A DNA stretch of 64,000 bases from contig JAZDFE010000004.1 of the NCBI GenBank assembly GCA_043808175.1, forward strand, positions 21 to 64,020, in the 5' to 3' direction. This stretch comes from Candidatus Omnitrophota bacterium (GTDB lineage: Bacteria; Omnitrophota; Omnitrophia; Omnitrophales; Aquincolibacteriaceae). How positions within the stretch are numbered: position 1 is the first letter of the stretch; the number at the start of each line of letters is the position of its first letter. The notes beneath the pieces were generated by a model. The model was not told the origin of the DNA. It saw only the letters and a list, made by a program, of their open reading frames with translations, and searched no databases. Positions 9,101 through 14,571 of the stretch are shown one piece after another. The position numbers and the translations under genes were made by a program.

Positions 9101-10165
9101 CTGCGGCTCCGTCAAAAAACCTTTTCCCAAGCCAAAAGAGCTCAAGGCGCTGACGAATTCCAGGTCCGCGTTCTTTGTCGCGACTGCCTTGAGCGATGCA
9201 AGAACGTTTTTCCAATCTTCACGAACTTTTGTGTCATCGAGCCCCTTTTGCACTTCCCCGGCCAGAATGATCCGGACAAGGTTCGGGAAACGCAGCTGTT
9301 CGAGGGGATCTTTGAGATCGATCTTGAGGAATTTCAAAGCCTCCTTTTTCAAGTAAAGAACGTAAGCCTGAAGATTGGGGCCTCCGCTGACACGGTCCGG
9401 AGCGTACCTCCCTTCTTTGCGACGGTCCCGCTCATTCAGAAAATCCCGGAGGTTCGCGTTCAGGGTCCGAGAAATCTCAGTCTGAAATCGGGCCCGCAAA
9501 GGGGTTAAACGTGCCTGAATCTCGTCGCGGCTAAAAAGAAGTTCCCGGTAGGTCTTTAAGTTCTCACGATAAAGTTCCGCATTCTCCACGCCGCGAACCG
9601 GAATGACAGCGTCCCCGGACTTTGCTTTCTCGACATCTTGTCCGCTAATACTTTGCGGTGCGTCCTGCAGGTCCTGGAATTTTCCCCAGGCAAAAAGTTC
9701 CGCACCGCCAAGCTCTCCCTTTTGACGAAGGTCCTCGATGACGGCCTGGCTGGCTTCGGGAAATTCATGGAAAAATTGAAGGTATTCAGGATGAAGCGGA
9801 CCCGCGGCGCCCTCGATGCCGATCGCAAGGTCCGGATATTTCTTCGCTAGAAATTTGAGGATCTCAGAAATGTTTTGCTGGGCTTCGGGATTGGCGTGAG
9901 CATCCTGGATATGGACCACAAAACTTCGATGAGAAGTTCCGGCGGGAGGTTTCCAAGAGGACACGAGAGAACCGAGTTCGGCGGGCATGGCGTAGAGGTC
10001 TTTGAGAAGTTGGGTCTGCGCTTTGACTCCGCCTGCCGGATCAAAAACTCCGGCGGAAGCAAAAGCTTGAGGCAAACCTCCCGTGAGAGTGGTCATTGTG
10101 AAAATGATGGCCACAAACAAAGAAATCCCCCTACGAATCCAAGGCTTTTGAGATAAGGTTGCCAT
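1..10165 (-). CDS. Giant multidomain protein of unknown function; N-terminus complete, C-terminus runs off the left window edge (at least 3388 codons in window)
   Basis: Not in the supplied ORF track. Hand translation of the minus strand from ATG 10165..10163 (MATLSQKPWIRRGISLFVAIIF...) stays open. I checked it codon by codon at more than a dozen places from 10165 down to 1, always in the frame whose first codon base is at a coordinate equal to 1 mod 3. The track lists no ORF starting at 10165, which it would if an in-frame stop existed inside the window. All track ORFs in 1-10200 are 224 aa or shorter and in other frames. The last codons in the window read ...EKILVVDDEVAMATIATRVLMRAGFKVTMVHSGEDALEKLKEFMPD. 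Confidence 0.85.
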   Translation of the reverse strand, partial: MATLSQKPWIRRGISLFVAIIFTMTTLTGGLPQAFASAGVFDPAGGVKAQTQLLKDLYAMPAELGSLVSSWKPPAGTSHRSFVVHIQDAHANPEAQQNISEILKFLAKKYPDLAIGIEGAAGPLHPEYLQFFHEFPEASQAVIEDLRQKGELGGAELFAWGKFQDLQDAPQSISGQDVEKAKSGDAVIPVRGVENAELYRENLKTYRELLFSRDEIQARLTPLRARFQTEISRTLNANLRDFLNERDRRKEGRYAPDRVSGGPNLQAYVLYLKKEALKFLKIDLKDPLEQLRFPNLVRIILAGEVQKGLDDTKVREDWKNVLASLKAVATKNADLEFVSALSSFGLGKGFLTEPQGGAPVPATVDAALYPRKLLEQLFLFTKKHSLAFTGHDSFFKSLEPVIFQAEMEAAGLLQEMNSLETLLTEKLARTDAEKKLVRRLQVFHLFEKLLFLELTREEYERSEAERGDLEAFVEGAPELRNFLERAKHFYATALQRDRALMENALALGGTSPKERQRIVVLITGGFHTGGIDTLLREQKISYATLTPHISRTDRGELYQKVMAGDHADLSAYFKVKNPFSTKQEALFFKELLETAAPVLFEKYKMEPARIASAVAQAANSHPVLSGAVEASSLAGDGKPALRFIPRMLTPQNTAIAAPANTAETSFLRSLTEDQTRETSVPMTVEFGAAKALTLSVRQDITGPEVAPAVSAPDTARSKSRGDAGLLQNVQQPSLSGFSGGWFLTVWPDGGDMVKEVKDVLGDVLPISEEERQEIARRLVAAHQKMHDDGFPVLTVRLESPTRIRQRKAKGFMLSELIERFGTGSPQVNRAYRSYREWYTAAKERYRTLFFFDAKESNATYDGQGELKEWFDPVIPVSDSVYLQIRTMREHGLVRDGGTRSAENKRSEMREGDRAVEPGEARTPKALKWFSPLRIGWNIWQGSARDRELSRQLGVKLTTRAAGLYYFLIELFEITPEESHAKGFDRLFWLWSQYMMVGDDLLDRFGSRLSIDEMTEILAGADHTRRIDLRLHSKVGAEELRASPFSAVFPSDSRDGLQIINSFPERFEQALLSTPLDEKEREVVRDAFWQNSRLFLHSYLLERKTGLFPSFQGTREIFTEKDDFRPLIQIAASVFQKLDPVQLRVRESLLHGVAIFCQHLDDWMDYFQDFGIQPNLLLALANERHPEEFQKLSDWAASRSEASLAAVNGALIWFAPKTTREYLSMTRLAFEQASHTQRSIPQFMSAYILFRYLLKILSNGHIHRTIAGHGTTAGTFSVALGTRPATRSEVREGERPVDADVVEWVRAHDEGHQLGVWYRASARTIWVESPDSSVTYYKITFPDSMPQEEISGYRERLLKALQIVSKPYDSEGWGYDKEEITRIANAALSEVISGGAVVNQGLLFGGLTDTSAAGAARSEVRREQTGQGGWFDRTVAWLQRKADRAPERINPRNYPGRYDALINYLEHQSHVPLSSLKGKSVVDGGSSRGYATLDLAQRLAELGTGVRVYGVDPGEHGGQIEGADPDSLRRDLNLEFIQDDHRLMQAGSAIKGIKIFLSFNVLNHYDRRTLWPMIEQMAEKIENRGLLVIGSGGPQDIVQDLDTQEELIAFDPVDHDSQFLVFQKTDTGLVIRELVFRGLKDDSDRLSRWIPYLGPLWSRDLKAPFQRLDEEMEDVKQRVSKKFWHYDPDVIKEHRPEEERMIHDAKLKHLKKLHPGVKELSDGTVILPLLPLIFRYEPERGFFGRIFRGKALAFLMLGLGAEVFDHAQRGSRNRTEPNIDEDQGDHRSEMRNNAQLEAGAEDVRSEMRSPDNGTPKKTEQFLKGRKILHVDNDPDDRELVKSSLEVFGAEVISVAKGSEALKILEKENIDALVADAHMPEMTGAELIRQIQQKGLKVKSIMATREDRAGRNNLFWELEAKIPVVTKYGIIKALRELFDPGIKSALEMKRSEARGNSGIMTERFAALMDPVKRTQMGVSKIIFSIGPGDGQFEAALARDPRYVVVAADPYGREYPGYHWGFLDHSLAIQREAVLRDNLVLFNADFEKILKDVPDGMLDAIVLLHPEPEPLAKFLADPGYIAKLKMGGKVYIKPYHLAIYHSDAIKALQKDRGYQQQKGSFLFSVDVNKSFRENTPFYIFKKSTDGIPATDLLDENVTNLPAALIARNGLFRGLPAEQKDLLERMLNYFPPLDISRGIHGALAEVLKRGNLSGVALQQEVGLALARLMAEQIKSRAVVEASLGRRRAEMRTAPGGTGLARRGRGDSDAGSELHLPVIGDAPSLRSSKRGLPDVEGQERERRDEDRRGSSKIRGNSREPEAEEASLGYRRAEMRDNSQSSDGAMRDQERPDIDRLTNEDVVKALSIKVKKKVILDTGKADYVARWLLDKESSEMLPTNVLQDVFYYIVRVRAQNRADEILLRLISRKLQRVLNISEEQTVSLFDWLRDYDVFLRGISPAVFEDFFKTYSRHYRMDRKPETRFFYNLPQGIDSEAKIVMATRNMKRMESLFSPGFLTRQFVLAAHIEGTPYLLGMRYGSVKGSSGVSVFLDKVASGRTQRIYHIALDTQLTQGGEALRIVMMNGVRGQENEIKHIFPGEFGFRPGVALLHVALALAQKEDFGALMGIKAEYIPYQKNMEANVAASYDRLKLTEGRGKGEYARWKKVSDLLEKVLPALKERFGKGMQRMTAAFENLEAIKLDQLDDFIKKEFPANGPQVEVKRSEVRIEEKVIDVTTMTPGALENLRALTERGFLEGGQPISMGLLTRSYEMPVVLPELELAGRRNFLKMAGMVGVFGAVWLALGGATTFAGQVRKPAAAARPSGTVSTDAASQAMRVMNQVRYATSLEPLQFNDWNGTKGNVIATVLGELNSFAEQWKRMPKQDVAPEKLGEMHRAFFQNLAQRINSGIRFPEGYGLDYVRAAARLIHKDLPQFFAAQGLVFNVKGVSVENLTMQVTQGGKVVRSQDYFYPMLTMPDKYFFVLKANARRDLKMPPQVLGDERTPLILVQPVRIQIGGGQVRFSPYAEQWREGQRNELGFADGVTAFLRADFIEQALKYDRASLEKVDLGFLAEDLSLRDVITGVRVGEPTVTQGKKTIRVISFPVTNLNATVEYAAMKLMVAAIRSLDKGKTVFDFGLWHLARYLETAKHEITHVNDSHRVVWRTLWQMIQPASDRQVPRKDIDDAERLIEQNARLEAFKEVPAVYLVSLLATIQSEIWPVLNSDKAQADILAAVSKELNRNPIRYGIDVVETGLKVEVLQKPKPGEKVSSRAAVTLDKNTQIMAQFYRIAEKSDRVEALYTAVREALNIDARAQALAAKYAFLDPGAPSSGRSEMRQDRQPLEKPIEKILVVDDEVAMATIATRVLMRAGFKVTMVHSGEDALEKLKEFMPD
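719..733 (-). other. HExxH motif (HEITH, followed by VNDSH) in the C-terminal module of the giant protein
   Basis: Translated in frame: ...FDFGLWHLARYLETAKHEITHVNDSHRVVW... This could be a zinc-metalloprotease motif, but such a short motif could also occur by chance in a protein this long. Confidence 0.25.
1748..1870 (-). other. Internal twin-arginine (Tat) signal-like segment or internal TM helix, at about residue 2778 of the giant protein
   Basis: Codon-by-codon translation of 1921..1742 gives LEGGQPISMGLLTRSYEMPVVLPELELAGRRNFLKMAGMVGVFGAVWLALGGATTFAGQV. RRNFLK matches the Tat consensus (S/T)-R-R-x-F-L-K. It is followed by an h-region of about 20 residues and an A-x-x-x-A-G end. An in-frame ATG lies at 1870..1868. 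Confidence 0.55.
3790..4240 (-). other. Methyltransferase-like module 2 of the giant protein (TrmB-like pattern)
   Basis: Hand translation gives KIIFSIGPGDGQFEAALARDPRYVVVAADPYG...NLVLFNADFEKILKDVPDGMLDAIVLLHPEPEP. IGPGDG resembles motif I, and LLHPEPEP resembles the FPDPWPK-type motif of N7-G methyltransferases. Boundaries are approximate. Confidence 0.4.
4345..4693 (-). other. CheY-like receiver (REC) domain 1 inside the giant protein
   Basis: Hand translation gives KILHVDNDPDDRELVKSSLEVFGAEVISVAKGSEALKILEKENIDALVADAHMPEMTGAELIRQIQQKGLKVKSIMATRED. This shows the acidic pair, the phospho-acceptor context (D-x-H-M-P-x-M-x-G) and the conserved T. It begins about 17 residues after the RSEMR copy at 4745-4759. 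Confidence 0.7.
5390..5750 (-). other. Class I SAM-dependent methyltransferase-like module 1 of the giant protein
   Basis: Hand translation gives ...LKGKSVVDGGSSRGYATLDLAQRLAELGTGVRVYGVDPGEHGG...NRGLLVIGSGG. VVDGGSSRG (5702-5728) resembles Rossmann motif I (VLDxGxGxG) and VYGVDP resembles post-I. Module boundaries are approximate. Confidence 0.5.
10054..10165 (-). other. N-terminal signal peptide or signal anchor of the giant protein
   Basis: Hand translation gives MATLSQKPWIRRGISLFVAIIFTMTTLTGGLPQAFASAG. It has a basic n-region containing RR, a hydrophobic core of about 20 residues, and an AFA-S cleavage-like site. Confidence 0.6.
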
Positions 10166-10258
10166 ATTTATAGTGTTTTTCTTAGTCTAGTCTCTTGTTG
10201 TTTTTCTTAAAAAGGGAGTCTCTTCTAAGGACTTTTTTAAAGTTTTACCGTATGGGGA

Positions 10259-10287
10259 AGTATCACACCTGTCAGGAGATTTGTCAA
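10259..10287 (-). promoter_or_regulatory. Candidate sigma70-type promoter for the giant gene
   Basis: The minus strand reads TTGACA (10287..10282), a 17-nt spacer ending in TGT (extended -10), then GATACT (10264..10259). It sits about 95 nt upstream of ATG 10165, inside a 370-bp AT-rich non-coding region. Confidence 0.4.
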
Positions 10288-10537
10288 ATTCACAACTTTC
10301 CATTAGCTATTGAAAACAATAGGGTTACATCATTTCTAAAAGGCTTCTGCATCAGAGGTTTTAAAAATGGTCTACCGGGCAGGATAATGAGTAACCGCTC
10401 AGGTCGCCCAGATTTGACACCCGGTCTTGATTCCCGGTGCCAAATTCGATTTTTATCGACAAATCGCGGGGATCTGAACAGTTACGATAATAACTTGGGC
10501 GTTGCAGGGAAGCCATGCGATCATCAAACTCACCGTT

Positions 10538-10837
10538 TTACTTTACGACAAAAAGCAAAGCCAACACGACTCCCCAGATAACCGTTTGGAATGATAAAAA
10601 CCCCACGAAGAATTTGAGATTCCTTTTTTCCGTCTTACCCTGAAAATAGAGATGGATAATGTATAAATAATAGGCGAGGATGATCCCGTAAGCTACCAGA
10701 CTGGCCCAACGATAACGCGTGCTTACAACAAAAAAATCCTGCCAAAAAACAATGAGCGCCAAAAAGAACGACGCCGCATACGGCCAGCAACAATCATACC
10801 TGTAAAACGTGTAAATATTTTTGAGGAGTGATCGCAT
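10538..10837 (-). CDS. Small integral membrane protein (99 aa, about 3 TM segments), function unknown
   Basis: Track ORF with hydrophobic stretches (AASFFLALIVFW, LVAYGIILAYYLYII, VIWGVVLALLFVV). Same strand, lying between the ABC-F gene and the giant gene. Confidence 0.5.
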   Translation of the reverse strand: MRSLLKNIYTFYRYDCCWPYAASFFLALIVFWQDFFVVSTRYRWASLVAYGIILAYYLYIIHLYFQGKTEKRNLKFFVGFLSFQTVIWGVVLALLFVVK

Positions 10838-10901
10838 CTTGGTTTTGATCCTTTCCCGGTTAAGTTTTAACGCCCGCTCTTCTACTGCCCCACCCCTTCG
10901 A

Positions 10902-12794
10902 TCAGTTCTTCAATTTCTCCAAATGCTCCCAACGTCCATACATTTGAGCGAGCTCCGCCGAATACGCCTCTGCCTGCAATTTGATCCGGGAAATCTCTTT
11001 GGGATCTTTTTGATAAAAGCCGGATGCGGCCATAAGGCTGTAAAGCTCTGCCTGCCCCGCTTCGACCTTTTCGATCTTCTTTAAAAGATCCTTCAGTTCA
11101 TGCTGTTCTGCCGGAGAAACTTTCGAAGTGCTTGAACCTTTTTCAGACGCCGCGAGGCCTTTAGCTTTTGAAGTCCCCGATTCTTTAGTTTGGGGTTTCG
11201 TGATGCGTTGACTCAGCCAATCATCATATCCACCCGGATATTCACGGACCACGCCCTTGCCTTCCATCGCCAGAGTTGAGGTGACCACATTGTTGAGAAA
11301 CGAGCGGTCATGGCTGACTAAAAGCACCGTTCCTTTGTATTCGACAAGCAATTCCTCGAGCAGTTCCAGGGTCTCCACATCCAGATCATTGGTGGGTTCA
11401 TCCATGACAAGCAAATTGGAAGGCTTGGCGAAAAGCCTCGCGAGAAAAAGGCGGTTCCGCTCCCCTCCCGATAACACCTTCACCGGGGTCCTGGCCCTGT
11501 CAGGGGAAAAAAGAAAATCCTGCAAATAACCGATAATGTTCTTGGGCTTGCCGTTCACGATCACCGTATCCCCGGATTCGTTCACGTTTTGAGCGACCGT
11601 TTTTTCGAGATCGAGTTGTTCCCGCAGTTGGTCATAATAAGCAACCTCAAGACCTGTCCCGACGTGCACCGAACCCTTTTCGGGCTCGATCTGTCCCAAA
11701 AGAAGACGCAGCAGGGTCGTCTTACCGCATCCGTTCGGCCCGATCACACCGATCTTATCCTCGCGCATGATCTTGGCCGAGAAATCCTGGATCAGATATT
11801 GGCCGCCGTATCCGTGGCTGATATGGTGCACTTTTGCGATCAAGTGCCCGGAAGGTTCGATGACTTGTGCTTTCATACGGACACTCCCGATGTCGCGACG
11901 TTCGGCCCGCTTCTTTGCCCTCAACCGCTCCAGCGCCACCACGCGGCCCTGATTGCGCGTCCGCCGCGCTTTGATCCCCTGCCGGATCCAGAGCTCTTCT
12001 TTCTCCAGTTTTTTCTCAAATCGCGCGTGTTCGGCTTCTTCCGCATCGAGGGCCATCCGTTTGCGTTCCAAAAAAGTCGTGTAATCACAGGCCCAGCTAA
12101 AAAGCCTCCCCCGGTCCAACTCCACGATCCTCGTCGCCAAATGTGTCATGAATGTCCGGTCGTGTGTCACAAAGAAAAGGGTTCCCGGGTATCCTTTCAG
12201 GAAACCTTCCAACCAATCAATCGACTCGATATCTAAATGGTTGGTCGGCTCGTCCAAGAGAAGGATCTCGGGCTTGAGGACAAGCGCCCGGGCCAAAAGC
12301 GCCCTTTTTTTCTGGCCGCCCGACAGTTCTTCAAACTGACTTTCGGGATCGAGCTTAACATGCGAGATCACCTCTTCGACCTCGCGGTTCGTTTCCCAAC
12401 CCTGCGTGTGATCCATTTCGGCCTGAAGGGTGTCCAACTGCCGCATGAGCTGTTCTGAGTATTCGGTCTGAAGGCGGTGGTTCACATGGTGATAATCGCT
12501 TAAAAGCTTGACGCGCTCACCCAATCCCGAAAGCACAAGATCGAACACATTCCCCGAAATCCCCGGAGGAACTTCCTGCGGCAGATGTGTGATCCGGACG
12601 CCTTTTTGGTAGACCACTTTGCCCGAGTCGGGCTGCAGATGACCGGCCATCACTTTCATGAGGGTGGTCTTCCCCACTCCATTACGGCCCAAAAGGGCCA
12701 CGCGCTCCCCTTGTTCCAACTGGAGGTCCATGTGATCAAAAAGAGGCGGTCCCCCATAAGCCAACGTGATGTCTTGCAGACTGATCAATGCCAT
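10902..12794 (-). CDS. ABC-F family ATPase (Uup/EttA class, tandem ABC domains with a C-terminal coiled-coil tail)
   Basis: Two Walker A motifs (GRNGVGKTT, GPNGCGKTT), two ABC signatures (LSGGQKKR, LSGGERNR), no TM domain, and a K/E-rich C-terminal tail. Confidence 0.9.
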   Translation of the reverse strand: MALISLQDITLAYGGPPLFDHMDLQLEQGERVALLGRNGVGKTTLMKVMAGHLQPDSGKVVYQKGVRITHLPQEVPPGISGNVFDLVLSGLGERVKLLSDYHHVNHRLQTEYSEQLMRQLDTLQAEMDHTQGWETNREVEEVISHVKLDPESQFEELSGGQKKRALLARALVLKPEILLLDEPTNHLDIESIDWLEGFLKGYPGTLFFVTHDRTFMTHLATRIVELDRGRLFSWACDYTTFLERKRMALDAEEAEHARFEKKLEKEELWIRQGIKARRTRNQGRVVALERLRAKKRAERRDIGSVRMKAQVIEPSGHLIAKVHHISHGYGGQYLIQDFSAKIMREDKIGVIGPNGCGKTTLLRLLLGQIEPEKGSVHVGTGLEVAYYDQLREQLDLEKTVAQNVNESGDTVIVNGKPKNIIGYLQDFLFSPDRARTPVKVLSGGERNRLFLARLFAKPSNLLVMDEPTNDLDVETLELLEELLVEYKGTVLLVSHDRSFLNNVVTSTLAMEGKGVVREYPGGYDDWLSQRITKPQTKESGTSKAKGLAASEKGSSTSKVSPAEQHELKDLLKKIEKVEAGQAELYSLMAASGFYQKDPKEISRIKLQAEAYSAELAQMYGRWEHLEKLKN

Positions 12795-12832
12795 ATTCTT
12801 TTTTTCTTGAGATGAGAACGTCTTGAAGGGAA

Positions 12833-12997
12833 CTAGACTCCCGTAGGGTTCGTTCCCTCAACAGACGGGGTTCCCTCCGCAGACGGCATTTGAGGATTGT
12901 CACTATTGCGACTGAGGCGTTTCATTCTCTTCGCTTCTTGCTCTTGGCGGCGCGCGGCCTCTTTTTTCATCTTATTTCCTTTATAATTGACTCTCAT
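12833..12997 (-). CDS. Small lysine/arginine-rich protein (54 aa from MRVNYKG...), function unknown
   Basis: ATG 12997..12995 overlaps the TGA stop (12996..12994) of the upstream DUF2132 gene as ATGA, a classic translational-coupling arrangement. The sequence is MRVNYKGNKMKKEAARRQEQEAKRMKRLSRNSDNPQ... Confidence 0.45.
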   Translation of the reverse strand: MRVNYKGNKMKKEAARRQEQEAKRMKRLSRNSDNPQMPSAEGTPSVEGTNPTGV

Positions 12998-13248
12998 TGT
13001 TTTCCTTTCGTTGAGGTTGTGCAAAAACGTTTTTTAAAAACTTTGACGTAAAGATCTTCGACTTTTTTCCGGGCCCAGGGCGTTTTCCTAAAGAATCTCA
13101 GACTAGACGTGATCGTGGGATCGAAAAGAAAACAGCGGACTGGCATGCGGTTTGCCAGTTCTTTCCACCCCACATGCTCCACCAAACGCGTCAGGATCAC
13201 CTCCAGCGTCACGCCGTGAAGAGGATCTTTCAAGTTCTGATGGGGCAT
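12994..13248 (-). CDS. DUF2132 (VF530-like) small putative DNA-binding protein
   Basis: The pattern PLHGVTLEVILTRLVEHVGWKELANRMPVRCFLFDPTITSSLRFFRKTPWARKKVEDLY matches the conserved pattern I recall for the DUF2132/VF530 family. Confidence 0.7.
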   Translation of the reverse strand: MPHQNLKDPLHGVTLEVILTRLVEHVGWKELANRMPVRCFLFDPTITSSLRFFRKTPWARKKVEDLYVKVFKKRFCTTSTKGKQ

Positions 13249-13429
13249 CGATCGCTTCGGTCCTTTAAGGTAATGCTTTTGGGAATAGATAAATTGAGTA
13301 AAAAAATCACACCTTTTCTGAACCCGGATTGGACTCTGACCGGCCCGCCCACGCAGGGGCCTGCAGAAAACGCGAGCAATCTTCTATGTTCTTCCTGATT
13401 TAAAATTTAACCGTAATACGGCTTTCAAA

Positions 13430-13798
13430 TTAAATGGCATTGTTGGCATGACCGTCTGCGCTGAGAAGGGGGGGAAAGGTCGTGCCGGCGTCATCACGCT
13501 CCGTCCGGTAATAATCCCCAGGAATAAAATACCCCATCCTAAGGTTAATATCCAGATACTTCGTCGCTTCCCAAAGAGCGCCGAAATCGAACTCATTGCC
13601 AAGGTCTCTTGAGAGCTTCTTGGACTCCCCGTTCCAAAAACCCTCTCCTTTTTCAAAAGACGAAAAATGCCACCAGTTGAATGAAAATGTGATCGCCAGA
13701 TAGGGGGTGATGTCCAGCCCGAGGTTCGGCGTGATGAGATTCTCAAACTGGACAGGATCGTTAAAAGTGCCCGGACGGAGAACACCGGGGTTGTTTTC
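13430..13798 (-). pseudogene. Start-less C-terminal remnant (122 codons) of a beta-barrel outer-membrane protein (alginate-export/porin-like)
   Basis: Hand translation of the minus frame ending at TAA 13432..13430 gives ENNPGVLRPGTFNDPVQFENLITPNLGLDITPYLAITFSFNWWHFSSFEKGEGFWNGESKKLSRDLGNEFDFGALWEATKYLDINLRMGYFIPGDYYRTERDDAGTTFPPLLSADGHANNAI*. It shows an alternating beta-strand pattern and is bounded upstream by TGA at 13801..13799, only 58 nt from the rlpA stop. There is no ATG, GTG or TTG start that would give a sizeable product. The overlapping track ORF 13384..13857 is R/S-rich and not protein-like. Confidence 0.35.
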
Positions 13799-13859
13799 TC
13801 ACGCGTTTCCCATATAAAGGAGCGAGCCTTTTGGAGATCAACCGTTTCTTTTCCCACAT

Positions 13860-14324
13860 TTAGTCATTAAAGGGCATTACGGAAACCGTCACGAGCCCCT
13901 TTCGCGGATCCGAGATCTTCTTGAAAGCTGCGCGGGTCAGGTCGATCGCGCGGCCCAGGCGTTTGGCCGGACCCCGGTCGTTGACCACGCAGATCACGGA
14001 TTTCCCGTTATCCAGATTCGTGATCCTCAGACGGGTTTTGAGCGGGAACTTCCAGGAAGCGCACGTCATCCGCTTATCATCAAAGATCTCAGCACTGGCC
14101 GTGCGTTTTTTGATCTTGGGGCTTGACTTGCTGTACCAGGACGCCGTTCCTAACACGACCGGGGGCAGTCCCAGGGCCATGTTCTCTTCCCCCGAGGACG
14201 GCATCTGGATCACCGAGGCAACCGGAAGAGTAGCTTCCTGAAGGGCGGAGGTGAGACTTGGGGAAACGAATGGACTCGTTACAAACACTATCAGAATGAG
14301 CGAGCGCCTGATCCCTTGTTTCAC
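13860..14324 (-). CDS. rlpA: Septal ring lytic transglycosylase RlpA-like protein (DPBB domain), GTG start
   Basis: Signal peptide followed by GTASWYS...TASAEIFDDKRMTCASWKFPLKTRLRITNLDNGKSVICVVNDRGP...RAIDLTRAAF, the hallmark RlpA double-psi beta-barrel pattern. Confidence 0.85.
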   Translation of the reverse strand: MKQGIRRSLILIVFVTSPFVSPSLTSALQEATLPVASVIQMPSSGEENMALGLPPVVLGTASWYSKSSPKIKKRTASAEIFDDKRMTCASWKFPLKTRLRITNLDNGKSVICVVNDRGPAKRLGRAIDLTRAAFKKISDPRKGLVTVSVMPFND

Positions 14325-14339
14325 GAGAAGTGCTCCTTC

Positions 14340-14504
14340 CCGGCGACCCAGCTTCCCTCACGAGGGTCGATTCCCTGCGTGTTCGGGACTGTGGCTTTGC
14401 AACGGGAGCGACGTTCATCGCCGCTCCGATGTCCCGCAAGTCCTACTGATCTTGCGGAACGCCTCCTGATCTCTCAGGATTTGCCCTTACTCAAAGCGTG
14501 CTCT
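14340..14504 (-). promoter_or_regulatory. Structured GC-rich 5' leader of rlpA; candidate ydaO-yuaA (c-di-AMP) class riboswitch
   Basis: The minus-strand RNA has three strong hairpins. The first is CCUGA-GAGA-UCAGG (plus strand 14465-14478). The second is CCGCAAG...CUUGCGG (14434-14457). The third is GGAGCGGCG-AUGAA-CGUCGCUCC (14405-14427). There is also a mutually exclusive AGGG/CCCU/AGGG trio just before the SD GGAAGGAG. Segments AAAUCC[hairpin]GGAGGCGUUCC, AAGAUCAGUAGGAC and GUCCCGAACACGCAG...CCCUCGUGAG resemble my recollection of ydaO conserved blocks (AAUCC..GGAGGAACC, AAUC..GUAGGGA, CCCGAA..CAGCUAACCUCGUAAG). No covariance-model search was run. Confidence 0.4.
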
Positions 14505-14571
14505 ATAAAGTATTTTTTTACAAGCCCGTAGCGTAAAAAAGTTTTGCGCAAGGAAAAGTCCGGATGGATTT

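Noticed and set aside
8834-9508. Plus-strand ORF of 224 aa, and similar plus-strand ORFs at 582-1109, 4227-4685 and 5534-5965.
   Set aside because: They are antisense shadow ORFs of the giant minus-strand gene, with low-complexity R/S/P-rich translations and mutual overlaps in several frames.
1-10200. The lack of long ORFs in the track suggested non-coding DNA, a heavily decayed pseudogene region or an alternative genetic code.
   Set aside because: One standard-code minus-strand frame is open from ATG 10165 to the window edge and encodes recognisable domains. The track omission is an edge artefact, because no stop codon lies inside the window.
10195-10581. Plus-strand 128-aa ORF in the spacer upstream of the giant gene.
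   Set aside because: It lies in AT-rich promoter-like sequence and has a TTG start, no RBS and a non-protein-like composition. It also overlaps the 3' end of the neighbouring minus-strand membrane-protein gene.
13384-13857. Minus-strand 157-aa track ORF (GTG start).
   Set aside because: Its translation is R/S/T-rich and not protein-like. The alternative frame gives a convincing beta-barrel-like fragment, so I treat the locus as a gene remnant.
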